From a virus (Duplodnaviria; Caudoviricetes), in IMG/VR virus record IMGVR_UViG_3300030616_000020, positions 1 through 64,000 of that record: DNA of 64,000 nt, one strand, 5' to 3'. Below are positions 30,901-36,913 of the stretch, one piece after another. The notes under the pieces are model-generated. The model had not been told where the DNA came from and searched no databases. It was given only the letters and a program-made list of their open reading frames with translations. Position numbers and translations under genes: made by a program. Every line of letters begins with the position of its first letter. Position 1 is the first letter of the stretch.

Positions 30901-33094
30901 AGACCAAAAGAGTAAATGGGATCGTAAGTTCAATATTACTACTTATCCTAACGCTCTTTTCTACAAACATAATCGTTATATCAGACCTCAAGAAAAACCT
31001 TCAAACTACAGTGCTGACTATAATTTCATGCTACAGCCTGAAAACAAGGCGTTACTTGATTATTACAATATGTATATAGAGTTTAATGATAAGTTTGGAA
31101 GACTTACAGAAAAGCATATTGACTATAATTTTGTAGCTGAAATTCATCAAGACTTTATTGAGAGAATTTCAAATACAGGTAGTAATGGAGTCAAGGGTCT
31201 TTGGGATAGTGTTATACGTTCTGTTGAACTCAGAGAGTTTGATCTTTCGAGAGGAAAAATGGACCTTTCTACAGGTAAACCTGTACCTGAGATACCATTA
31301 TTTTATACAGATAAGCTTTCAGGAAACGTATCAAGAAGTAAACGTAAGCAGATCGAAGATCAAGTTGCAGAAGAATTTACCAGAGGTAGTGCAGCATATC
31401 AGAATGAAGTTGAACGTCAGATTAAGAAAGCTGAATATGAATCTGGAACCAAATCTAAGAGTCGTGATCTTACAAGAAGTTTGATTCTTTTTGCTGAAGC
31501 TGCTTATAGTCATCATCATCTGAGTGTAACTGAGTCAAGCGCACTTGCATTGATGGAGATTATGAAGTCTCAAGGACAGGAAACTGAACTTGTTGATGCT
31601 GCTGGTAAAGCAGTACTTAATAATTTTACTCGTAGAGCTGCTAAAATGCTTGGAGTTCCGTTAAGTGAGATAGATGCATTGGAGAAGTTCATCAATCTAT
31701 ACTGGTATGGTCAAAGAACTCAAGGAGAAGATATATCATTTACTGTCGGAGATAAGCAATATTCAGCTACTAAGATGTATCAGTCAATATTGAGATTTAC
31801 CTCTGCTGGTGCGCTTGGTATGAAGCCTATTCTTGCAGCAGGTAACTTTATTGGTATCAAATCTAACTCCTACATGACAGGTCGTGAAGGAAAACAATAT
31901 AAGACTGAAGATATTCATAAGGCTCACGGTATGTTCCTTAGAAAAGACCCTCTGTTTGCAGGTGCTATAAATTATTTTGAGCCTTACACTCACGATCTCA
32001 CTTTCCGTAAAGCTAATGATCGTTCGGTATCAAAGTTTGTGCAGACCTTCACTTTTGAGAATCTTTTCATAATGCACAGACTTGGTGATGAACATATTGA
32101 CAGGAACGTTACCGTTGCTATGATGCACCGATGGGGAATCAATAAAGACGGAAAGGTTACTCGTTTAGATAAACTGACTGAAGAAGATACTGACAAACGT
32201 TCATTGATAGAAAGGTCTTCTATAAAAGACGACAAATTTGAGATTGATGGTCTAAACGAACAGCAGTATATTCGATTCAGAAGAATGATTCAAGCTGCTG
32301 CTACGGGAATCAAAGGTAATATGTCTCAAGAAGACTTGAACCTCATTAGAACTAGTTTAATGGGTCAGGCATTTATGCAGTTCCGTAACTGGATGCCCGG
32401 ATTGATTACCAAGCGTTTCAAGAACTTACAATACGATGATCTTTGGGATGATTATGATGTAGGTCGATTTAGGGTGTTTTGGGGAGAAATCACCGCAAAA
32501 GGACTTAAACCGAAGCTTGGTGCATTCACTAGACTACTCGGTGAAGTAACTATGATCTATGGATACGAGAAGAGTGGAATTAACAAGGATGTGACTCAAA
32601 GGTTCTATGACAAATATGTAGTGGCTAATCCTCAAACAGATTTAACCCTAGAAGAGTTTGCACAACTTCGCTTGGATAAACTAAAAGGAATGGCAAGAGA
32701 GCTTCAAATTTATATTGGTATGATGCTCATGGTTGCAGGTGGAAAAGCTTTTATTCCGGAAAGAGATGAAGAAGCTCTTACAAAAGCTACGAGACTTCTC
32801 GCTCAGAATACTTACAGGGTTGCTCAAAGAGGATTCCTTGAAATATCATTCTTCTTTGATCCTAACTCAGTTACAACTATCTTGAAGTCTCCGCTTCCTT
32901 CACTCAGACTGTTTACCAACTTGTATAAGATGGTAGGTAATACCTTCGATGAATCCTTTGATGTTGTATTTGGAGATGAAGTATTTGATAGAACTCCACG
33001 TCTATACTACTTCAGTAAGATTGTTCCTATCATGTCTTCCTACTATGACTTTGCAGATATTTGGGAGACTTACAATACATCCAGAGGCTATTGA
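15989..33094 (+). CDS. Giant virion-packaged DNA-dependent RNA polymerase polyprotein (crAss-type double-psi-barrel RNAP) with zincin and PD-(D/E)xK domains
   Basis: DGQGYIS, RIPTQGLNS, KTGSDFDDDKLY (DxDxD at ~26015-26032), INAAVDAA; HEAFH zincin (~21845); GTIDL...IYDYKT nuclease (~29660). Confidence 0.9.
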   Translation: MPIIPIYNQEQGGIDPATGLTPTSRTRRKPVIPTNLVMPVPEGQESTALGYGASEYEKYVPGGSVFINEGLQDARAHGQATLEKWGRGITKFAGKTGTAVLGGTVGAIVGIPAAIADGSFNSMYDNTFQGWMDQLNEGMDKHLANYYTKEEQEAGFLESLGSANFWANDVLGGLSFTAGAVLSEMVWSATGAGIAGAPARLARAGRYMKNIDKGVDAIKQIKNVSRVTKVGDVGRVARQMYTGAGYEAGVEARHHKKELMDKLMEEWRANNPGKEPSTEDIIRMNDMATTSANGVFAANGFIVGMSNMIALPRIFGPGINSQIKGFSRISKQLEDVGDAWKVAFTPAYKDASTLAKIASASYVTLKNPFVEGVWEEGMQGVANNTMLDYTTKKYNPNASNSVANLAESFGEGLAETYGGKEGWKEIGIGMIIGSIGSPNLRAFKRDRETGRIIKQADQPGWTGGIPGEIQERRKRREEAETRATAANNATKDILFDYTEQYVKDNPEAVAASRKATEHLIRQAYLNEEMDKAIAEENTHEAKNVESDMIHSYIMSRIDAGYGYALKDEFSKMVEDMSDEEFAQVFEYESLPESEVAKRKADTLEKFNERVEQTQKIVNLVDNVYRADLTVPENRDIRESLIYAGGTIIDVEAREQQLANEISEATENEVTYDREQRGEQYKETFRKEVMDAIKDRPDAEKNEVKKKINDLEKLQRRRELFLEQYNHLFTAKGQKEYADILNGTREKQDQAYYDEVGKYFEGTVTIVDGNTGKQYKKWDKSDGTSIIEEIDPENPDQTLKDTQEVVNVKSREFIERFVLIEPAKPGERTLDEDESKRLIKRLNEFKDPDELADFINNEIKPLNLANIDLVKREAAKMWKKLTDKKMDTDDAVPVRYVDKKYIHKDSKKTVIVTKDNEKEDTYYIHDVVNGKKSKGRQITTNLANLNENYIFKGAWTDYTNRLDRIENLENIIESKQALLDKERKEGKSYRKRLKDLKAEYDMYMKKLLQRKGDGRATKKTISETQTLIDQTVELINEVQDKIDASVQAQIKLKQDQNFYVQRLAEEDANTESLNQAINAVEDEIRENEEIIGAWQKVVNELKNLMNKLLRMFNVSKMWTPDAVSKKLTEYRHAVEREIQNALKPPGERVQLGAAIKALRDNEDVIKRRVSAKKGAIQREINRGVEAEGEYWVARGKMESAENQITLFEQANDQLFEKLDLLEQEQNALDELYQRRKRTVEGVINHPQVKEESRAENEIEQVYQDKNIDPPSESTTNKEESKTLWESAKRKLEHVFSGLTGKHTDREGNLTQDVNQRRYYRWTSKTDIKGGDYYVKIIKAFDEDEAKIIEAGYNFKEALVAVVVDKDGNYITEQGVINKNEATPSSIRNLGIWTSFPLPTYSTNEFEKTFRKKHETKEEEIAYEQKKQNLITAHKALREKITDHLENDREVIFQLVDKAAGIPNEDLPTEEGHDPDHILIRDSFGHDNVTLQVQTLPSMSIGGTVITTSKLGHTFVKDNETGNVLETRSRRLNDQEIDVVVKLFQLLAKNSTIDQSGMIHSDNATVLKTSNGTVIYKNMFEYLSPYLYWTGDNFTKDSNGEIVDVNENPNTLFHFLRRHEGVSVAGGYLQLGRKAYQLFVKDGDNVLLNEALVNQQGEGALVDFLRSKYINVSSPLLIANESFEEIVDVNEDGTIVTRPHDSYQEYLMDNVLGVSVPPVTTETFRDEDGNEVEEEVPQMLNQYAIYKATDDFVSEETTVPRREMPSTTYDNWKNLKPGDRINIDVVQEGTNNTLRSAVLEMQDDTSFIIIEGEIHEDMVNNMSRIINSEAPSKQFAILNSGLKKVSNAQVAISDVVQPTVKPAPEVKTEETAPKEGRKPRRLSNKKGSNRKLYRSPTADERGVEQLEEAEKWFKERFPNVDFETVRHLIDGKHHGQLRDAAVYIYENAEVGTTYHEAFHVVTQMFLNRAERRALYREWKRRNPDKRNYTNDQIEEQLAEDFREYILFRKETSNVSPRGFQKTQEEQDRENEQFKKDLAEYAREDISPERKAELEEKLVQSYYAEGEMITHEAKKAKRMVEAIKAPLQRSFFERLYDWIVNMIYGKPESIIEIFENIENNKYRNQTPNLRRGKRVKLNRTYEGKTEAFGKMVMEGVNYFFFQKLFASKESVSTLFSKEDNSALVNDLYEYAYEEIEKTIGDLQAVQDDPEITDQEYDRLDNVVDQLWFVLDNWNETKKLHRNFLTQYRLEFVNIEDTIGETNIALDNDNLISNASIKISSKLNASRNIKLLVGTLVDVNKNFEEKVNDLELVQNADFGRTFNILVNRFAGLRSDSQMLNAINNIAAKAPQLYALIDRLGLNNEGEHLSENQMLEQIQFVQTFAKTKHTYMFDITGINGKFKLVNSNRSSINEKVKTVWKSNAENKRIYEDRNGVRYYKPSVFEKLGPIDTPQKALKMLSTMGINYTFPKEVELKDELIRKANGIYTQIMSKSGQPYIFDTEVNVNAKDDLSTLIQFEVDTTVDYIENSHLNIENNLVYDVVLNSYLSIAIDDIRNFPTLEALFEENPHLDPNNNIYTQNSYLLQPGGPLYKKNGELRDDPLFLEIHEGSKEEDSEISSEFEDLGEPDQLRVHINRGLEGSYPLLRPADNSIERYLNFGKPLFSTGQISRNVHVHQMLNYLRDELNRGSKTLSDIAKGDNLWKYHKENATDGIVIQIVSQNPVIKEAIDQFFKDSEATVEGFFNDDILVEELKTQINTYFTDRTGSNQEGFIKMLLDYGIIELLEDGTYYNNGLNIKGNPQILSEDVLNSEIKNYLINDTISNIEQTKLIFGDPVGYKNVADQFKRHSGVVGTKKISAVYDQVNRWIDKKLKRTDRQGGLYKNGKPIIRTAVFADIIVQSRYHAEYAKAIGDKADPYLEIEEGDGQGYISIDEWREMLFRAGEWSFGVGSLEDLYQWEIQKEQGEQQPKDPVTGRVIDKNKLPVATPLKPQYMGPLAEQGFQMGMYKLSLFPLLPSVTKQFSQLEALRTRMKGKEGENDGIGIAVFQTANKVGTKLNQHGETQPLYEVKTTDEKQIAEFAYQNYAPMVTQDTYYKYWGIQQEKGSKSKRKVVFGTQMAKQILNGLYENGRLKEGLDPILAERVDEYLKLNRERIEIGLAQLVNSLGLVEKNGKYHVKSMESLIEKIRKEAVEREMPDNIIDAIDNLEIGSGLDTLINREKIENVLFSIADAMSTSQKRSGSPKVQVSNALGTSVRTVIDTETGQVFRSSDLEFYHDQDGNIVQAEVYLPAFLKGKITDDNLRNLIGFRIPTQGLNSIESIRVKGFLPVEAGDSVIVPSEIIAKTGSDFDDDKLYLYYPNVFYNKEGNPVYIELKDNTELEEVYKEYSEAYEARFTQRVVGNIAFDSLPENLARFVKTEISEILSNENVGIRDVIEGINDRIVEAENILREKNLESPLIETYKKIRANLISLSNEIETGTSSEFDPMTRGEFRKRAIENRISEIQKDIILHPDNFAQLINPVSANDLEAEADKILLLRGEAKRDKDGKIVKKQPTMNNIVEREYLMDVARRFIGGKQAIGITAISSTFDILSKMSNVSIVPEITVYRNKKSVPIKTNINLPHNKNEEGNVTLSRIQDANDEGNIPERLSQWINAAVDAATNPFMFDLNSGPQTLNTVLYLTMAGVPLDYLTRFMTQPIIVEYIKNRQKWESQMMEGNIDPQTGRAKKKFRDWIVANTKAKYVDQLKTGTVSEKELTLLDLERGIKAGATGAMSNVHARTQIQVLDDFLRYMDTATKLRDATGAINYDTRAAGKNTSELLYRIENTERVRQEGNLNNFSGILDDGFISPYYDSVKSLRNVLDPLFVTLNDESVTRQFDKLFRVLFDQRNTLPNDKKIRVVDKFKQSFITYLLISRPYSVSDRLNKKDGMKVAMNARVSRLLKDTNESKSVATRLKEMQNDPKYADMSLLAYLEPILDKSGKSEATNHVATVAKKLDTIESNRLTSEWRELIEADKPFAYDLILATALQYGILNTPFTFTNLIPFEIYGQVMNSILAEEKTKTVKEKNNLYDDFYNRFFLNNFDDNSIVPIRRKGTNFHLAYPYFKIPNRKEEFREASPQEISALREKGVAIYEEKPKVIRTEDNRRMNLTGIRKNYQGKMLLLNYDINTPLVADVSRSEDSKQFNQLSRESDQAPDEAINEKIKGWMDRMGISYQNVEEITDREGNPIDAIAKADMLHATIQVVEGKADITTLSEEAAHFLVELLGDDNPILKGMMNAVEGTEVHKEVVAEYGEIYNNDETKLKKEAVGKMIAKAIINKEKVAGMSRFQRWWDSAWRWIKKHLLRVSSDEVAEELSPYAEAANIILGNVTEGLSPIESLNPDIFYQVTEEEKATAAAIEKSLRESRIEKDKEQGGYRTPEGKAVKNRVSDFVKRFYNQIFRGRSAEEEAKPRNILLKQKGTIIHKYLEVIGESVFQGKTPTKAEVQKRVIEDLQDRDDIANEEFFDKDKTFFMLSGNQFGELRDGLIKVVAGIKAKQERIDPNEEVKFFPELLIYDKYGDIGGTIDLAVLYSNGSVGIYDYKTINFDDTKTLAGFKEDAYNIQISEYKRILQDRYGIKNIGETRVIPIDVQTNFAATGLTTILMGTTGIGTKSKDRPYLEQIPVARELTEDKELNESLKKMFVLYDNLRVKLSNDYQNDKLALRVARLREAITGLQLRGDVSFIIGEIQTIYADFEKRENLPADHEFGLNDDFLRELSEYVHAYKHFGVNAMATARKTQDQKSIHTLQRVAHMLDQMQNRIDHKYIENANRYSDYDVAGKAPAEGFLGKLFKQLSQFKRPTFKKLSEMVHEVGYKVRRDVNAAIEEIDEKNEALKTWGKARGIGLQQVFDKYLINPKNGNLKSKYKSEHFEEKDKAISQRGSEGTKWFLENTQVERREDGKLYYTGERLKLYEEQRKAHFDYLDRTMLGEENAKAKEDQKSKWDRKFNITTYPNALFYKHNRYIRPQEKPSNYSADYNFMLQPENKALLDYYNMYIEFNDKFGRLTEKHIDYNFVAEIHQDFIERISNTGSNGVKGLWDSVIRSVELREFDLSRGKMDLSTGKPVPEIPLFYTDKLSGNVSRSKRKQIEDQVAEEFTRGSAAYQNEVERQIKKAEYESGTKSKSRDLTRSLILFAEAAYSHHHLSVTESSALALMEIMKSQGQETELVDAAGKAVLNNFTRRAAKMLGVPLSEIDALEKFINLYWYGQRTQGEDISFTVGDKQYSATKMYQSILRFTSAGALGMKPILAAGNFIGIKSNSYMTGREGKQYKTEDIHKAHGMFLRKDPLFAGAINYFEPYTHDLTFRKANDRSVSKFVQTFTFENLFIMHRLGDEHIDRNVTVAMMHRWGINKDGKVTRLDKLTEEDTDKRSLIERSSIKDDKFEIDGLNEQQYIRFRRMIQAAATGIKGNMSQEDLNLIRTSLMGQAFMQFRNWMPGLITKRFKNLQYDDLWDDYDVGRFRVFWGEITAKGLKPKLGAFTRLLGEVTMIYGYEKSGINKDVTQRFYDKYVVANPQTDLTLEEFAQLRLDKLKGMARELQIYIGMMLMVAGGKAFIPERDEEALTKATRLLAQNTYRVAQRGFLEISFFFDPNSVTTILKSPLPSLRLFTNLYKMVGNTFDESFDVVFGDEVFDRTPRLYYFSKIVPIMSSYYDFADIWETYNTSRGY

Positions 33095-33101
33095 GAGGTC
33101 T

Positions 33102-33139
33102 AAAAAAAAGAAGGGGAATCCGTTTGGACTCCCCCTCTC
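33102..33139 (-). terminator. Intrinsic terminator at the convergent junction of the two gene blocks
   Basis: Hairpin AGGGGAATCC-GTTT-GGACTCCCCCT with an 8-nt A run on + (U tail on -). Confidence 0.75.
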
Positions 33140-33176
33140 TGGTCTTGGTGTAGCGTCGTTACACCGTTTCGCTTCT

Positions 33177-33623
33177 TTATTCTACTTTGGGTTCTTTTGA
33201 AGCAATCAATCCAATCACGAAGTCTACAATAGTCTTTACAAACAGCAAGTTTGCACCTCTTAGACCGGCAGCAGCAGCCGTAATCAAACCTGATTGTAAT
33301 AGAACTACCCACCATTCAGCTCCACCGAGAAATCCGATGTTAACGGCTGATGCAAGGAAGGATAGACCTACTGAAATCAAAGCTACAAATAAAATCTTCA
33401 GAAATTTGGTTGATAACTTCAGTAATCGAATTACATATTCCGCAAGGAAAGTTACGATTCCTGCCATTCCGAGATAACCTCCGAAGTAGAGCAAATAGTT
33501 ATCGTACAGGTCCTGCCAATTTGAAGGAACGTCAGGCTCCTGTGCGAATAGGACGAATGTTCCTAGCAATAGGAACGAGAAAAACATAATGATTCTTTTC
33601 ATAACGTTATGATTTTTGTACAA
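33177..33623 (-). CDS. Membrane protein, possibly holin-like
   Basis: Signal-peptide-like N-terminus plus 3-4 hydrophobic helices. Confidence 0.55.
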   Translation of the reverse strand: MYKNHNVMKRIIMFFSFLLLGTFVLFAQEPDVPSNWQDLYDNYLLYFGGYLGMAGIVTFLAEYVIRLLKLSTKFLKILFVALISVGLSFLASAVNIGFLGGAEWWVVLLQSGLITAAAAGLRGANLLFVKTIVDFVIGLIASKEPKVE

Positions 33624-33640
33624 AATAAAGATACAAAATT

Positions 33641-34075
33641 TTACAACTCATTGAGCTTGTGATAAATCTTTCTAAGGTCTCCTTTGTAAGTCATTGGTAA
33701 TCTCTCTCCAAGTTTCACAACGTCAGCCAACAAATCTTCTTTACGTTCTTTGAATGTTTTCTTCTTTTCTGGTTTAACAGGTAGATTTGATGTTACATCC
33801 CACAATATGCAATTGTGTCCGCTTATCTCATCTACTCTAACCTCTCCTGTATCTCTGATAACTCCAATTCTTTCCAGTTCACTGAACCTTCCATTGATGG
33901 AGGCATCTTTGATGTTCGGATTTGTACGCTGATACTTTCTAACAACTTCGTTTGCAGTCAAAGGTCCGTTATGATATAATTCGTCATATACTTGAAACCT
34001 TCTTTTAGACAGCAATCCGTTGTCCCGTATCGCATGATACGCTTCAATAGATGTGTCTCTTGTACTCATATTCAA
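33641..34075 (-). CDS. Winged-helix DNA-binding protein
   Basis: TSIEAY..GPLTANEV..INGRFSELERIGVI pattern. Confidence 0.6.
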   Translation of the reverse strand: MNMSTRDTSIEAYHAIRDNGLLSKRRFQVYDELYHNGPLTANEVVRKYQRTNPNIKDASINGRFSELERIGVIRDTGEVRVDEISGHNCILWDVTSNLPVKPEKKKTFKERKEDLLADVVKLGERLPMTYKGDLRKIYHKLNEL

Positions 34076-34078
34076 AAT

Positions 34079-34285
34079 TTAAATAGCATCAATTGCCTTT
34101 GATGTTGATGAATTCTTTCCTACTAACCAATCTACTACAACCTTTTTATCACCACAGATTGTTTTCTTACCAGTACGTGTATTTTGTAGATGGTAAATAT
34201 TCTTTTTAATGGCTACAATTTCTAACCATGCTTTACCTTTTTGGAGCTTGACATACGCTCCAACAGGAAAGAACTTGAGTTCCAT
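34079..34285 (-). CDS. Hypothetical protein (SH3-like beta barrel?)
   Basis: 68-aa ORF in the operon. Confidence 0.45.
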   Translation of the reverse strand: MELKFFPVGAYVKLQKGKAWLEIVAIKKNIYHLQNTRTGKKTICGDKKVVVDWLVGKNSSTSKAIDAI

Positions 34286-34287
34286 GA

Positions 34288-35295
34288 TTAAACAATATCA
34301 ATACCCCAAATCTGATACATATAACTAGCTTCCTGATTTGTTCCGTAGCTTTCTTCATTATCATAGGAATATTTCAAGAATTTGTAAGGGTCATTGTCTT
34401 CGTAGTCATTGGTATTCCATATTACTCTATCATCACCTTGAACCAATCCTTCACAATATGTTCTGATTGCATACCAACCCCCTCTGATCAGAACACCGTC
34501 CGATACATCTACAGTATGCCATATCAGTTCTTCTGCTGGAAGGTCTTGCGGATCAGATGAATTTCTACTATGTATGTCATTTAAATCTACTCTTGTTCCA
34601 CATATAGGATGTAACAGACTGGTATCAACCATGTTAAGTTGCCATATCTCAACATGAAGTTTACCCTGAGGATTACCTACTTTTGCTAATGCCATATACA
34701 TATCCATGATCCTGTAGGTAGACTTAGCCATAAACAATGACATTTTGTAGTACTGATCATTCCTGTAGTAAGCATCATGAATTTCTCCTATTCCGGTGGT
34801 TCTGTCTCTGGCAGTTTTTCCATGAGAATAGTATAAAGGTGGATCAGTTTTCTCAATGTTTGGATCAGCGTCAGTCCAGAAATGCCATGTCCTGTTTTCA
34901 TTCTGATAGTGTCCAAGAGGAGTAAACAGAGTTGAATCATAATGGAACGTAGGCGGTATCTTATCCACAATAACTACATCAAACGACATTGAGGCTTTAT
35001 TACCATAACAGTCTTTTGCATAGATAGTTACTTGAACTTCATCTCCGGGAGTCAGGAGTACACCTGAGTTAGGAACCTGATAAAACGATGCAGTGTCTAC
35101 ACAACAGTTATCTCTTACCTCTATTACTTTAGTGTAATCAGGTAGATAAAATTCACAACTGTCTGTTGCTAAATAATATTGAGTTGGAATCTGTGCTATA
35201 CAGCAACTGTTCATAATTGCTAATAGAATTATGATAATTGCTATACCGACGTAAGAATAGAAGGCACACTTCGCCTTAAAACGATAATGTTTCAT
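34288..35295 (-). CDS. Secreted/membrane-anchored protein with HYR-like Ig domain
   Basis: N-terminal TM/signal; DNC..QVP..G..L..G..VTI.A.D..GN..S.SF.V.IVD..PP HYR-like pattern. Confidence 0.6.
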   Translation of the reverse strand: MKHYRFKAKCAFYSYVGIAIIIILLAIMNSCCIAQIPTQYYLATDSCEFYLPDYTKVIEVRDNCCVDTASFYQVPNSGVLLTPGDEVQVTIYAKDCYGNKASMSFDVVIVDKIPPTFHYDSTLFTPLGHYQNENRTWHFWTDADPNIEKTDPPLYYSHGKTARDRTTGIGEIHDAYYRNDQYYKMSLFMAKSTYRIMDMYMALAKVGNPQGKLHVEIWQLNMVDTSLLHPICGTRVDLNDIHSRNSSDPQDLPAEELIWHTVDVSDGVLIRGGWYAIRTYCEGLVQGDDRVIWNTNDYEDNDPYKFLKYSYDNEESYGTNQEASYMYQIWGIDIV

Positions 35296-35318
35296 AGTAT
35301 AAATAAGTTTAGTACGAC

Positions 35319-36272
35319 TTAAAGCTGTGTTTCGTTGTACAACATTCTGAGAATGTCAACATCTACATTGTTAACTTGCACAGGAGGCTCAAAAACACGC
35401 ATGTTTCGGTCATTTCGGGAATTTAACCAACCTGACCATCGTCCACCTCTCATAGCTTTGTAAGATTCGACCTTATCTCTAGGAATATCTTTCTTCCCAA
35501 AGAGCATTTGTTGTACATAATTTGTCTTGCCTATCATAGGACGATAGACACTCTGCTGAATTTTCCTAAGAAGAGGAAAACCGTCTAGGACATAAAGTTG
35601 CCAGCCAGAAAGCAACATGGAATACGATGGGTAAAGTATTTTACTAATCGTCTGTCTATATTTTGGCAGGTCTTGAAGTCTCTCTCCGTCAGGCCACGGG
35701 ACCCAATCTTCCTGATCAACTTCTTTACCATAGTTTCCGATGGGATTTAGTATTGCGTATACAGGAAGATAGATAAAAACGGCAGAGATGATTCCAAACC
35801 AGTGGTATAGGAATTGGTAGAACTTCTTTCCTTGAATAGCTTTACTCCACCAATGGAGTCCGAAAGTTCTACGGGCCATTTTACTGATAATATATCCGGT
35901 GTTATCAGTAATCTCTTTAATCTTAGCCATACTTGATTCATTCCCTGTACGCATATGGTTTAGCTTCAGGGTGAGCAGAGTAGTAGTGTAATGATCTCTA
36001 CTCATAGGATGATCTTCAGGAGGCAGTATAGGATGTCTTTGACCTACATATTTCCCACTAGAGTCAAAGTACCACATAGAAGCACTTGATGTAACAAGTT
36101 TAGGATCGTTGTAAACAAAGTACATTCTCATCATTCCACCAAGAGAATCTCCCGGTTTATGATTCCAATCAAGACGAGCCATCCCATACTCGTCAAGATG
36201 ATGATATGTGTCAGGAGGCAACGCCTCTCTACTGTATGGGCCTATCGGGAATAGTGTCATTCTTTTCAACAA
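35319..36272 (-). CDS. Hypothetical protein with hydrophobic segment
   Basis: 317-aa ORF. Confidence 0.6.
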   Translation of the reverse strand: MLKRMTLFPIGPYSREALPPDTYHHLDEYGMARLDWNHKPGDSLGGMMRMYFVYNDPKLVTSSASMWYFDSSGKYVGQRHPILPPEDHPMSRDHYTTTLLTLKLNHMRTGNESSMAKIKEITDNTGYIISKMARRTFGLHWWSKAIQGKKFYQFLYHWFGIISAVFIYLPVYAILNPIGNYGKEVDQEDWVPWPDGERLQDLPKYRQTISKILYPSYSMLLSGWQLYVLDGFPLLRKIQQSVYRPMIGKTNYVQQMLFGKKDIPRDKVESYKAMRGGRWSGWLNSRNDRNMRVFEPPVQVNNVDVDILRMLYNETQL

Positions 36273-36420
36273 GCTCTTTAACTTGCTGCTCCTGTTTTAA
36301 TTGTTTCTTTGCATCATGATCCCTAACAGCAGTAACAATCCAAACGATGAGTATGGTAGCAACTGCTATAATTGCGATTATACCCATAAGGTATCCTACC
36401 CAAGCTTTTCCTTTTTTCAT
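36229..36420 (-). CDS. Small single-TM protein
   Basis: 63 aa with one TM helix, overlaps its neighbours. Confidence 0.55.
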   Translation of the reverse strand: MKKGKAWVGYLMGIIAIIAVATILIVWIVTAVRDHDAKKQLKQEQQVKELVEKNDTIPDRPIQ

Positions 36421-36755
36421 TCAGATAAAAATTTAATCCATGCGTAAGGTTTTCTTTTATCAAGATATGTAGGCTTACGCTCACCAAAATTAGCCTCTCT
36501 TTCAAAAGAAAGGTTATTGTATGATTGTTTGCCGTACTTAAAGAGTTTGATGATCCATTCTATAAGATACCATAGATAGAATGGAAGAAGGAGCATTTCC
36601 ATCTGTTGCTTCCAATGAATCTTTTCGTGGTTAATAATAACCTTGTGGTTGATATACTCTTCCTTTATGTAGATTCCAAAAGGAGCAAGGCAGATTGCTG
36701 TAGCCCAATTAAGGGTAAGCAACTTTACGAACCAGTTCATTTTTTTGATCCTCAT
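36417..36755 (-). CDS. Small zincin-like (HExxH) membrane-associated protein
   Basis: INHEKIHWKQQ..LSFEREA motif. Confidence 0.65.
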   Translation of the reverse strand: MRIKKMNWFVKLLTLNWATAICLAPFGIYIKEEYINHKVIINHEKIHWKQQMEMLLLPFYLWYLIEWIIKLFKYGKQSYNNLSFEREANFGERKPTYLDKRKPYAWIKFLSE

Positions 36756-36775
36756 ATCGTAAAGGTATTAAAAAA

Positions 36776-36902
36776 TAGGGAGAAAACGGGAACGCTGTCA
36801 TATACGTGAACACAGGAATTGAACCTGTAACCCATTGATTAGAAATCAATTGCTCTACCAGTTGAGCTAATTTACGAAGTAAGCGTTATCCTAGCTACCC
36901 TA
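36776..36902 (-). ncRNA. Y-RNA-like element 1: conserved stem enclosing a complete tRNA cloverleaf
   Basis: TAGGG/CCCTA ends; GTAGCTA-GGATAACGC-TTACTTCG at the 5' side pairs with ACAGCGTTCCCGTTTTCTCCC at the 3' side. Confidence 0.75.
36804..36876 (-). tRNA. tRNA-Arg(TCT)-like cloverleaf embedded in element 1, no encoded CCA
   Basis: CGTAAAT-TA-GCTC-AACTGGTA-GAGC-A-ATTGA-TTTCTAA-TCAAT-GGGTT-ACAGG-TTCAATT-CCTGT-GTTCACG; one acceptor mismatch. Confidence 0.75.
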
Positions 36903-36913
36903 ATGTCTTAAAA

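Noticed and set aside
16426-32235. Many short antisense or alternate-frame ORFs inside the giant RNAP gene, and similar ones elsewhere (e.g. 44175-44876)
   Set aside because: Shadow ORFs of strongly coding genes with no motifs or plausible composition
36804-36876. Amber suppressor tRNA (CTA appears in the loop)
   Set aside because: The 5-bp stem ATTGA/TCAAT frames the loop TTTCTAA, which puts TCT, not CTA, at positions 34-36
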